Origin: Bdellovibrionales bacterium
Lineage (GTDB): Bacteria; Bdellovibrionota; Bdellovibrionia; Bdellovibrionales; JAUICD01
Length of the DNA stretch: 64,000 bases
Direction: 5' to 3'
NCBI GenBank assembly: GCA_965203875.1
Contig: OZ241914.1
Location: 333,209 to 397,208 of the forward strand
The notes beneath the pieces are model-generated. The model saw nothing but the letters and a program-made list of their open reading frames with translations. It was not told the DNA's origin and did no database searches. The position numbers were made by a program, and so were the translations under genes. Of the stretch, positions 26,689-33,758 are shown in pieces. Position 1 is the stretch's first letter. Each line of letters starts with the position of its first letter.

Positions 26689-27543
26689 TTATTTTTTATA
26701 TAACATCACAAGAGATTCTATATTTTCTCCAGCAAGCATCCTGCAAAGCATGCCGAGTATTTTTAATACCTCTGGTTTTAAATCTAGTAGGTCGTTATAT
26801 TTTGTACCAGTTTTTAATTCATATTGTTCAATATCATCACAAACTTTTCCCATGATGCGGTTAACATCACATAAAATATCTTTGAATTTTCCTAATCCAT
26901 TAAGATTAAATTCATTCTTTACAAATTTAATAAACCAATAGAAATTTCTGATGGTTTTCCTTACATTATGGTAGTCTTTGTATATTAGTTTTACTTTTGT
27001 TTCGTTAGAATTGCGTCCTTTTTCTGTTATACTAATTGTATCTTGTAGGTATGACTTTAAAAACTGATGAAGTTCAAAGGTTGAAGTACTAATAAATTCA
27101 CCTTTAAAATCCAGTTTATTTAGATGTTCTAAGTTGGAACCAAGTAGATTTTCTAAAAATTTACTTATCTTTTTAGATTGTTCTTCCACGCTTGAGTTTG
27201 CTTTGATTGCATCTTTTAATTTGCCCATTTTGATAACCATCATATCTAAGTCTTTTGGGATCAAATGAGAGGTGTCGAAGATGAAATAAGCTGATCTAAG
27301 TCTCTGTGCGGTTTTTCTCATATAGACAAGTTGCTTAAAGTCTTTTGAGCTGGCTGGCAAACCAGCCTCTAGTCTAGAAAGAACGGCTTTAAATTCTAAA
27401 ATTTGTTTGAACGAAAAAGATTCTTCAAATCTAGAGGCACGTTTTTCAAAGATAGAATGCAAATCACGATCTGTTAGATCTAATATATCGTTAAACGATG
27501 TTATTTTTTTTACTGATGATGTATCTAAATCACTTACTAACAT
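26689..27543 (-). CDS. Hypothetical all-helical protein (weak CHAD-like H/R-K-x-x-R-x-x-Y pattern)
   Basis: 284 aa. MRKTAQRLRSAYFIF and YHNVRKTIRNFYWFIKF resemble CHAD repeat motifs. No other recognisable domain. Confidence 0.45.
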   Translation of the reverse strand: MLVSDLDTSSVKKITSFNDILDLTDRDLHSIFEKRASRFEESFSFKQILEFKAVLSRLEAGLPASSKDFKQLVYMRKTAQRLRSAYFIFDTSHLIPKDLDMMVIKMGKLKDAIKANSSVEEQSKKISKFLENLLGSNLEHLNKLDFKGEFISTSTFELHQFLKSYLQDTISITEKGRNSNETKVKLIYKDYHNVRKTIRNFYWFIKFVKNEFNLNGLGKFKDILCDVNRIMGKVCDDIEQYELKTGTKYNDLLDLKPEVLKILGMLCRMLAGENIESLVMLYKK

Positions 27544-27709
27544 TTCTTACCTTGTCACACCTTACCTTGGTTACTAGAATTTTTATTCTATTGTTGAACA
27601 TACCCTTGCTAACAACAGGATGTGTCAGTAACCAGTGAATATTGTAATTTATAAGGCTACCTTGTTTCAAGTAATTTTGCTATTATCTCTATAAGAGACA
27701 GTTTAGCTT

Positions 27710-28942
27710 ATGAATATTAAAAAAAATGTTTCTATTAGAGAACGTGGTGTGGCACTGCTCATATCTTTGTTTAGTATTATGATGCTTAGCTTTATTGCTG
27801 TTGAAGTTAGTTATGATACTAGCATTGACTACATTATATCGAGCAGAGAGTACCATAAACTCAGAGCTTATTATGCCGCAAAGTCTGGAGTAGAGTTATC
27901 GTTACTTAGAATATTGATGTACAAAAAAGCACAAAGTCAATTTAAACAACAGTTATCTGCTAATCCTAGTTTAGTTGATACAATATGGAATTTTCCATTT
28001 TCTTGGCCTGTTGATATACCAGAAGATTTGGCTGGTGTAGATCAGCAAGGTATAACAGAAGTTTCCAAGGAATCATTGTTAGAAGACGTGCAGTATCAAA
28101 CTATGATTCAAAGTGAAGGTGTTAAAATAGATATAAACTCACTTGCGGCTGCTAATGAATCTTTAGCCAATTCTATAAAGGTGCAGCTTGCTAGCTTATT
28201 TAGAAATTATATAGACTCGTTAGAAGAATCAGATTCAGAAATAGAAGATGTGGATTATGAAAGAGTGATAGAAAATATAAAGGATTGGGTGGATGCAGAT
28301 GATATGTCATTTGATAATAGAGATGAAAAGGCTCTGTATGAAGATCCGAATTTACCTTATAATAGGGCATTTAGAACTTTGGAAGAATTAAGGATGGTGA
28401 GTGGTGTTACAGATCGAGTTTTTAATTTTCTTAAACCTAGTATAACGGTGTATGGAGTGGGTGGTGTAAATCCAAATAAAGTAAGTAAGGTGGTATTAAG
28501 ATCAGTTCATTCTACTATCACTGATGAGATAATAGATCGAATGAATGAGCATTTTGAGCAGTCTGGCCCTTTTAAGAACGAAGATGATTTTTTTGGTTTT
28601 CTATCTAGGTTTAATGTAAATGTTAATGAAATTAAGGATTCTGGCATACGGTTATATTTTTCTGAAGAAGGTGAGACAAATTTTTTGATAAAGAGTGTTG
28701 GAAAGTCTGGGGTTGTGAACAAAGAGGTACAAGTTGTGGTCTATGACAGAGATAAAGTTAAAAGTATACTAGGAATTTCTAATAGGCAGGCGGCTGTTGG
28801 AACTTCTACTACATCTACAACTTCTACTACTGCCAGTGGTGGGAAAAGTGATGAAGTTAGTCCTGCTGCCTCTACGACAAGTACGGTCCCTTCGAAGGTT
28901 CCTCAGGGTAGACCTGAAATAATATATTGGTATGAAAGCTAG
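27710..28942 (+). CDS. Type II secretion minor pseudopilin GspK-like protein with Thr/Ser-rich C-terminal extension
   Basis: N-terminus RERGVALLISLFSIMMLSFIAVEV; KIDINSLAA, IKDWVDADD, FRTLEELRMVSGV...VNPNK match the GspK architecture. No other gsp genes in the window. Confidence 0.7.
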   Translation: MNIKKNVSIRERGVALLISLFSIMMLSFIAVEVSYDTSIDYIISSREYHKLRAYYAAKSGVELSLLRILMYKKAQSQFKQQLSANPSLVDTIWNFPFSWPVDIPEDLAGVDQQGITEVSKESLLEDVQYQTMIQSEGVKIDINSLAAANESLANSIKVQLASLFRNYIDSLEESDSEIEDVDYERVIENIKDWVDADDMSFDNRDEKALYEDPNLPYNRAFRTLEELRMVSGVTDRVFNFLKPSITVYGVGGVNPNKVSKVVLRSVHSTITDEIIDRMNEHFEQSGPFKNEDDFFGFLSRFNVNVNEIKDSGIRLYFSEEGETNFLIKSVGKSGVVNKEVQVVVYDRDKVKSILGISNRQAAVGTSTTSTTSTTASGGKSDEVSPAASTTSTVPSKVPQGRPEIIYWYES

Positions 28943-29047
28943 AGGTTTTCAATTTTTAATAAGTGTATACAGCGAAACGACAAGGCCAAAGGCCTTAGTG
29001 TAGCTATGTATACTTATTAAAAATGTTGCCCAACGTTCAAGGTAGAC
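28941..29047 (+). repeat. Nested-hairpin extragenic repeat, copy 2 (starts at the gspK-like stop codon)
   Basis: TAGAGGTTTTCAATTTTTAATAAGTGTATACAGC...AAGGCCAAAGGCCTT...GCTATGTATACTTATTAAAAATGTTGCCCAACGTTCAAGGTAGAC. Confidence 0.7.
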
Positions 29048-29060
29048 TCCAACAGACTTT

Positions 29061-29088
29061 CTAAAGGTTTTCAAATTCTATCAACTGC
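29061..29088 (+). repeat. Solo left end of the same repeat family
   Basis: CTAAAGGTTTTCAAATTCTATCAA closely matches the start of copy 3 (CTAAAGGTTTTCAATTTTATCAA). Confidence 0.4.
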
Positions 29089-29128
29089 TACAGCTACAGA
29101 TCATCATGCAAGCTACCAAACAAAGAGT

Positions 29129-29161
29129 TTGACAAAAATTGGGGGGGGGGGGGGGTAACAT
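29129..29161 (+). promoter_or_regulatory. Candidate sigma-70 promoter TTGACA-(AAAATT+G15)-TAACAT with an overlong 21-nt spacer
   Basis: The AGTTTGACAAAAAT context is shared with the paralog promoter at 33696, where the spacer is 16 nt and lacks the G tract. Confidence 0.4.
29141..29155 (+). repeat. Homopolymeric G15 tract
   Basis: Read directly: 15 consecutive G in an AT-rich intergenic region. Confidence 0.95.
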
Positions 29162-29213
29162 ACTTTTTGAGCAGCTTTTTTTTGCTGTTTAAGTCTTTAC
29201 AAGGGGGTAAGGG

Positions 29214-30179
29214 GTGTTTTTAAGTAATTTTCTAAAATTAGGTTTGTACAAGTCATCTTGTATATTGTTTTCATGTTTGTTCTTTGTATCGTGTAATACT
29301 GTTAGTAGTAAGCCTACAGAGATTGTATCTAATGCTGGTAGTAGAAAGATTGCAAGTGCTAGTGCTGCTGCTATGGCTGTAAATTCTAGTGCTTTTTTAG
29401 CAATGCAAGCTTGTCCTGTACTGGCTAGTATTCAGTCTAGAATCCCATCATGGAGGGGTACTCCTGATCGTGATGAACATATTGGTCGAAGACTTAAGAA
29501 CTTCATTACAAATAATTACCCTGATCGTGATGAACATATTAACCGCTACAACGCAGAATACGTTATGAATATGCTACAAGAAACAGACGGTCAGGGTAGA
29601 ACCTTGCACCAGAGGCTTATGTTGGAGTTATCTTCTAATAGTGATTGTTTAAGTCGTATAGGTGATCTAAGAGAAAACATATGTTTTTACAGAGAGTATA
29701 GCGAAGCTTGCGATGCTTTGCATAAGCTTGACAAGCTAGACGGGGAAACTATTATACAAGAGTTTGAAGAGTTTGCAGGAGCTTCTATAGAGTCTATCGA
29801 TCCTAGTCAGTTAGTAGGTAAACTTGATGGGTTTATTCAAAGCAGAGGTTTGATTGCCAGATTCTTTCATAGGGAACCAGTGTTATACAAAGAACCGTCA
29901 TCACGAGAGGAAGAATTAGAACAATTAGAAGCAGAAGCGAGATCGCAGGAAATGAATTTTAGAACATCTCTTATAACAGCCCCTATAATACTGGCACTAC
30001 TGTCAGGAATACATAAGGCTGCAGCGACAACTGCTGGGGCAGCAGCAGTGGGAGCGGTGGGAACGGTAGGAGCAACAGTAGTAACACTGGCTATGGTTGG
30101 TGGTGTAGTTTGGCTTGCAACTGGTGGATTTGACAAGAGATTGAAAAATAGACTTAGACCTAGAGCAGAAAATCCATAA
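29214..30179 (+). CDS. Lipoprotein family A, copy 1: N-terminal lipobox, Cys-containing middle domain, Ala/Gly/Val-rich C-terminal membrane segment, Arg-rich tail
   Basis: GTG start 6 nt after AAGGGGG. LYKSSCILFSCLFFVSCNTVSSKPTEIV is paralogous to 33759..34568. C-terminus AAATTAGAAAVGAVGTVGATVVTLAMVGGVVWLATGG...RLRPRAENP. Confidence 0.75.
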   Translation: MFLSNFLKLGLYKSSCILFSCLFFVSCNTVSSKPTEIVSNAGSRKIASASAAAMAVNSSAFLAMQACPVLASIQSRIPSWRGTPDRDEHIGRRLKNFITNNYPDRDEHINRYNAEYVMNMLQETDGQGRTLHQRLMLELSSNSDCLSRIGDLRENICFYREYSEACDALHKLDKLDGETIIQEFEEFAGASIESIDPSQLVGKLDGFIQSRGLIARFFHREPVLYKEPSSREEELEQLEAEARSQEMNFRTSLITAPIILALLSGIHKAAATTAGAAAVGAVGTVGATVVTLAMVGGVVWLATGGFDKRLKNRLRPRAENP

Positions 30180-30248
30180 TGCTAATTAAGAATGTTTTGA
30201 GTAAAAGCTAGCCTTATGTAGCTGGTTTTGTTATTGCCTTTAATGTTT

Positions 30249-31115
30249 ATGAAGGTACTTATTTCCGGATCAAATGGCTTTATTGGAAAACATCTTAAAC
30301 AATTTCTGATCCGAAAAAACTTTTCTGTAACCTCCTTGGTAAGAAATCACCCTAAAGATTCTGAAATTCTATTTAAGCCTGACAATAATTACTTAGATAC
30401 CTCGAGCATAAAAGGTGTTAATGTAGTCATAAATCTTTCAGGATCAAATATAGCTGTTCGCTGGAGTAAAAAAAATAAAAAACTGATAAAAGATAGCAGG
30501 CTCAACAGCACTAAAACTTTGGTTAACTCTATTTTAAAACTTAAACATCCTCCAGAGCTTTTTATTTCAGCGTCTGCGGTTGGTATATATGGTAATAGAG
30601 CTTCTGAGATTCTTTTTGAAGAAAGTAATGCTGGTTCTGATTTTTTATCTAAACTTTGTATTGAATGGGAATCTGAAGCTAATAGGTTAAATCAAAAAGA
30701 TGTTCGTGTTGTAAACTTGAGGCTAGGTATGGTTTTAGAAAACAGCGGAGGCGTATTAAAAAAAATGATACCTGTGTTTAAATCAGGATTAGGTGCAATT
30801 GTTGGTTCTGGAGATCAGTACATAAGTTGGATTGATATAAAAGACCTTTTATCTTTAGTATCATTTATCATAAAAACACCTGGCATTAAAGGACCTGTAA
30901 ATGCTTGTAGCCCCAACCCCGTTACAAATCAGGAATTTTCATTGGAATTGGCTCGATCACTTAAAAAGCCTTGCTTTTTAAAAATACCAACATGTGCTAT
31001 TAGGTTACTGATGGGAGAAATGGGAAATGTAATTTTATATAGTCAAAGAGTAGAGCCTAGAAAAGTTTTAACCAAAGGATTTAAATTTAATCATGAATCG
31101 TTAAAGTTCTCTTAA
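30249..31115 (+). CDS. SDR-family epimerase, YfcH/TIGR01777-like (NAD-binding domain plus DUF1731-like C-terminus)
   Basis: MKVLISGSNGFIGKHL Rossmann motif; about 288 aa. Start at M8 of the ORF-track translation. Confidence 0.75.
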   Translation: MKVLISGSNGFIGKHLKQFLIRKNFSVTSLVRNHPKDSEILFKPDNNYLDTSSIKGVNVVINLSGSNIAVRWSKKNKKLIKDSRLNSTKTLVNSILKLKHPPELFISASAVGIYGNRASEILFEESNAGSDFLSKLCIEWESEANRLNQKDVRVVNLRLGMVLENSGGVLKKMIPVFKSGLGAIVGSGDQYISWIDIKDLLSLVSFIIKTPGIKGPVNACSPNPVTNQEFSLELARSLKKPCFLKIPTCAIRLLMGEMGNVILYSQRVEPRKVLTKGFKFNHESLKFS

Positions 31116-31126
31116 AAACTCGGTTT

Positions 31127-31867
31127 TTATTTTAGTTGGTAGGATAAGGCAAGCCTGATTTGATGATTGTTGCCAGAGCCAAATCTAGTTTGGTTTTTAA
31201 GTGATAAGTTTTCTGATGTTGTTTGTTCTGGAAGTTTTGTTTCTAGTGTATAGTCATCAAATTGTGTGTAGTTGTAACTTAAACTTAAATCTATAAGGTC
31301 TCGAAGTTGAAGGTAGTTGAATCCAAGTCCTAATTGAGTTGATGCAGCAAAATTGGAACCATCATGAGCAATATGATTTTGTGTAGTAGGTGATGAAAGA
31401 GTTGTTTTTGTGTGAATGTTAGCTATGCCAAAAGCAAGTGTTACATAAGGAACTATTGGATCAACAGATTGAGTTAATGCCCAGTCTATATCTGCTAACC
31501 AAACAAACGTGTCATTTTTACCTTCCAAGAAGAGTTTGGGATTGTCGGTTAGTATAGTAAAATTATTATCGTGTAGATAGTAAAGTTCGGTACCAATCTC
31601 TAAATCAAATAATAAAGTGTCAACAGCATATTTTACACCAAATCCTGGTATGTTTAGGTATTTGTCTTTAAACTCTGCATAATTTTGATTTTCTGATGTG
31701 CCTGTATTAAAAATAAAAACTTGCATTTTGTTAGGTAAGTTTGCAAAGGTGAAAATGCCTACTTTCCAACGTTGGTCATCAAACTCTTTTTCAGTTTGAG
31801 AGTAAGCTAAATGGGTGAATCCTTGCAGAATAAGGAAAACAAAAATCATTCTAAACTTAAATAACAT
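31127..31867 (-). CDS. Small outer-membrane beta-barrel protein (OMP1)
   Basis: Signal MLFKFRMIFVFLILQGFTHLAYS and an amphipathic beta-strand pattern. Start uncertain (the ORF track gives GTG at 31891). Confidence 0.6.
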   Translation of the reverse strand: MLFKFRMIFVFLILQGFTHLAYSQTEKEFDDQRWKVGIFTFANLPNKMQVFIFNTGTSENQNYAEFKDKYLNIPGFGVKYAVDTLLFDLEIGTELYYLHDNNFTILTDNPKLFLEGKNDTFVWLADIDWALTQSVDPIVPYVTLAFGIANIHTKTTLSSPTTQNHIAHDGSNFAASTQLGLGFNYLQLRDLIDLSLSYNYTQFDDYTLETKLPEQTTSENLSLKNQTRFGSGNNHQIRLALSYQLK

Positions 31868-31967
31868 AACAATATCGTAGCACAACTTCACTTAGTTAAG
31901 TTATAATTTTTTATTTCTTATCTAGAGATAACGACTGTAGTTTGCTTAAAAAATTATTTTAGTTGAT

Positions 31968-32558
31968 CTAGAGTGTTTCAAAATGGACGTTAGTATTTTT
32001 TACAATGGCTATTGGGTAATGTTGTGGCAGAAACCAGGACAGGGTTTTTAATATACCTGTGTGTTCTGATTGTGGCGGATCTCCTAGTGAGTTGGCACAG
32101 AAGCATATGTCGAAGGTGTTTTTATTGTTTTTTAGTATAGAGAATTTAGCTTGATATACTCCCTGGTCTAAGAAAAATTGTCTTAGTATGGATCTCACAT
32201 AGCTTGGAATCGCAAGCTTTTGTGCTGTGTTAATGTTGAAAGGTTTAGCTAAAAATCGCCCTGTTTCTTTAAAGAGCCATATCATGCCGTAGGTAAAAAT
32301 AAAATCTGGAAAATCTTTATCTGGATTTAGTACAATTCCGACACCTTTGTTGTGTGCCCAGCTAAGAAGCTTAGTTGCAGGTTCTTTAGATGATTTGCTG
32401 GACGATATTAGCATGTATGGCATTCCATCCGATCCTTGTTGCGGAAGATCATGTGCTATGCTGATGTTGCATTTTGGGAACATATTTAGAAAACTGTGAT
32501 CCCAATTTTTATCTCTATTCTTATCTTCTATTTCTAGGTGTTTTAGAAACTCATTCAT
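31968..32558 (-). CDS. Hypothetical cytoplasmic protein
   Basis: 196 aa with no signal peptide and no recognisable motif. The SD-like AAGGG is supplied by the end of the adjacent repeat element. Confidence 0.55.
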   Translation of the reverse strand: MNEFLKHLEIEDKNRDKNWDHSFLNMFPKCNISIAHDLPQQGSDGMPYMLISSSKSSKEPATKLLSWAHNKGVGIVLNPDKDFPDFIFTYGMIWLFKETGRFLAKPFNINTAQKLAIPSYVRSILRQFFLDQGVYQAKFSILKNNKNTFDICFCANSLGDPPQSEHTGILKTLSWFLPQHYPIAIVKNTNVHFETL

Positions 32559-32645
32559 TAAAGCCCTTCGTTTTTGATAAGTATATATAATGAAATGACA
32601 AGGTTATAAACCTTTAGCACGGTTAAACATATTGCTGATAGTAAA
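32559..32645 (+). repeat. Degenerate copy of the nested-hairpin repeat (array member a)
   Basis: TTAAAGCCCTTCGTTTTTGATAAGTATATATAATGAAATGACAAGGTTATAAACCTTTAGC aligns with copy 2 (AAAGGTTTTCAATTTTTAATAAGTGTATACAGCGAAACGACAAGGCCAAAGGCCTTAG). Confidence 0.45.
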
Positions 32646-32678
32646 AAAACCGCAGCCGCAAGGCTGGTTGTGCAACGT

Positions 32679-32790
32679 CTAAAGGTTTTCAATTTTATCA
32701 AATATTTGATTAGCAAAGCGGCAAGTCGGAAGGCTTAAAGCGTAGCTAAGAGAATATTTGGTAAATGTTAACCAACGTTCAAGGTAGACT
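32679..32790 (+). repeat. Nested-hairpin extragenic repeat, copy 3 (array member b)
   Basis: CTAAAGGTTTTCAATTTTATCAAATATTTGATTAGC...AAGTCGGAAGGCTT...GCTAAGAGAATATTTGGTAAATGTTAACCAACGTTCAAGGTAGACT. The arms differ from the other copies but stay complementary. Confidence 0.7.
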
Positions 32791-32803
32791 ATGAAAGAAT
32801 TTA

Positions 32804-32885
32804 CATTAAAGCCCTTCGTGTAGTAAAACTTCTGCTAACGGAATGCAAGACCGGAGGTCAAAACTAAGCCTTCTCATTTTTATAT
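32804..32885 (+). repeat. Degenerate copy of the repeat (array member c)
   Basis: Starts with CATTAAAGCCCTTCGT, an exact 16-nt repeat of 32556-32571. It contains the central mini-hairpin GACCGGAGGTC. Confidence 0.35.
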
Positions 32886-32892
32886 AGTATTT

Positions 32893-33078
32893 TTAAATTT
32901 CTTCAAGAGCACATTTTACGGAATAATCGCTTACTTTATTACAAAAGTATTCATCTCCTTGTGAGCATAAATTTAAACTTTTTTCGTATAAATCACACCA
33001 ACTTTCAAAGGAACTCCAATTATTGGAGTTATTACAACCTGTTAATGTTAATATTGCTAATAAAATTATTTTTTTCAT
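32893..33078 (-). CDS. Small Cys-rich lipoprotein
   Basis: MKKIILLAILTLTGC lipobox, with 5 further Cys in about 45 mature residues. ATG at 33078 with GGAAG upstream. Confidence 0.6.
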   Translation of the reverse strand: MKKIILLAILTLTGCNNSNNWSSFESWCDLYEKSLNLCSQGDEYFCNKVSDYSVKCALEEI

Positions 33079-33110
33079 GCTTTTTCTTCCACGCACAGAA
33101 ATTGGTATGT

Positions 33111-33488
33111 TTAAGTCATTTGTTTGATTCCTGGTAACAGGTCAAACAGGCATTCTTTAAAGTAATGGGATTCATTGCTCAGATTAACATCAAATCCATA
33201 TATACCTTTACCTAACATATATGTTTTAACTACATAACCACTGATGTCTAAGTTCATAGGTTCTAGAGTGAAAGTTATAAACTTACCTTCTATAGGATTT
33301 AAATTTATATGCTGTTTTAACTCTTGAGAAACTAAACTAGCTCTGTCTACATGAAACATTAAGCTATCATTGGATGCATTTACTAGTACCGCACTATTTA
33401 GTACTAAATTGGAAGGATCAACGGTCTGAACACAGGTGGCTTTTATGCCTGTTACATTTTTTACCAAATGCTTCTGGGTGTTTAACAT
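33111..33488 (-). CDS. Hypothetical protein (weak PilZ-like beta-rich pattern, no RxxxR)
   Basis: About 125 aa. AAGGGGG lies 5 nt before the ATG at 33488. The LDISGYVV segment is only vaguely PilZ-like. Confidence 0.5.
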   Translation of the reverse strand: MLNTQKHLVKNVTGIKATCVQTVDPSNLVLNSAVLVNASNDSLMFHVDRASLVSQELKQHINLNPIEGKFITFTLEPMNLDISGYVVKTYMLGKGIYGFDVNLSNESHYFKECLFDLLPGIKQMT

Positions 33489-33695
33489 AAGCACCCCCTT
33501 TATTATACAGGTCGGACATACCTGGCCTAAAGTTTAGGGTAATAGGTATAATCTTTCTTTGATGTTTCTTTACAATACACGTTTGGGTAAAGAATCTCTA
33601 AACTATACACTCAGATTGTTACTATATGGATCATAAACAGTATACAACCGTTCTGTTATTGGAAATATTTCTGGATTGCAGGTTGATTATTTAGT

Positions 33696-33723
33696 TTGAC
33701 AAAAATGTAAGAGAGGGTATTTT
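33696..33723 (+). promoter_or_regulatory. Candidate sigma-70 promoter TTGACA-16 nt-TATTTT of lipoprotein family A copy 2
   Basis: Consensus -35, a 16-nt spacer and a TATTTT -10-like hexamer, about 35 nt upstream of the ATG at 33759. Confidence 0.45.
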
Positions 33724-33758
33724 TGTTTATCGGTCTAAAGTTAAATCAAGGGGGCAGA

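Noticed and set aside
27546-27569. Direct repeats CTTACCTTG x2 as a regulatory element
   Set aside because: They are short, overlap the very start of the 26689-27543 gene region, and have no second line of evidence. They are mentioned under the gspK finding only.
30205-30230. Intrinsic terminator after lipoprotein A1 (AGCTA-N8-TAGCT-GGTTTTGTT)
   Set aside because: It has only a 5-bp stem with an 8-nt loop and an interrupted U-tract, which is too weak to call.
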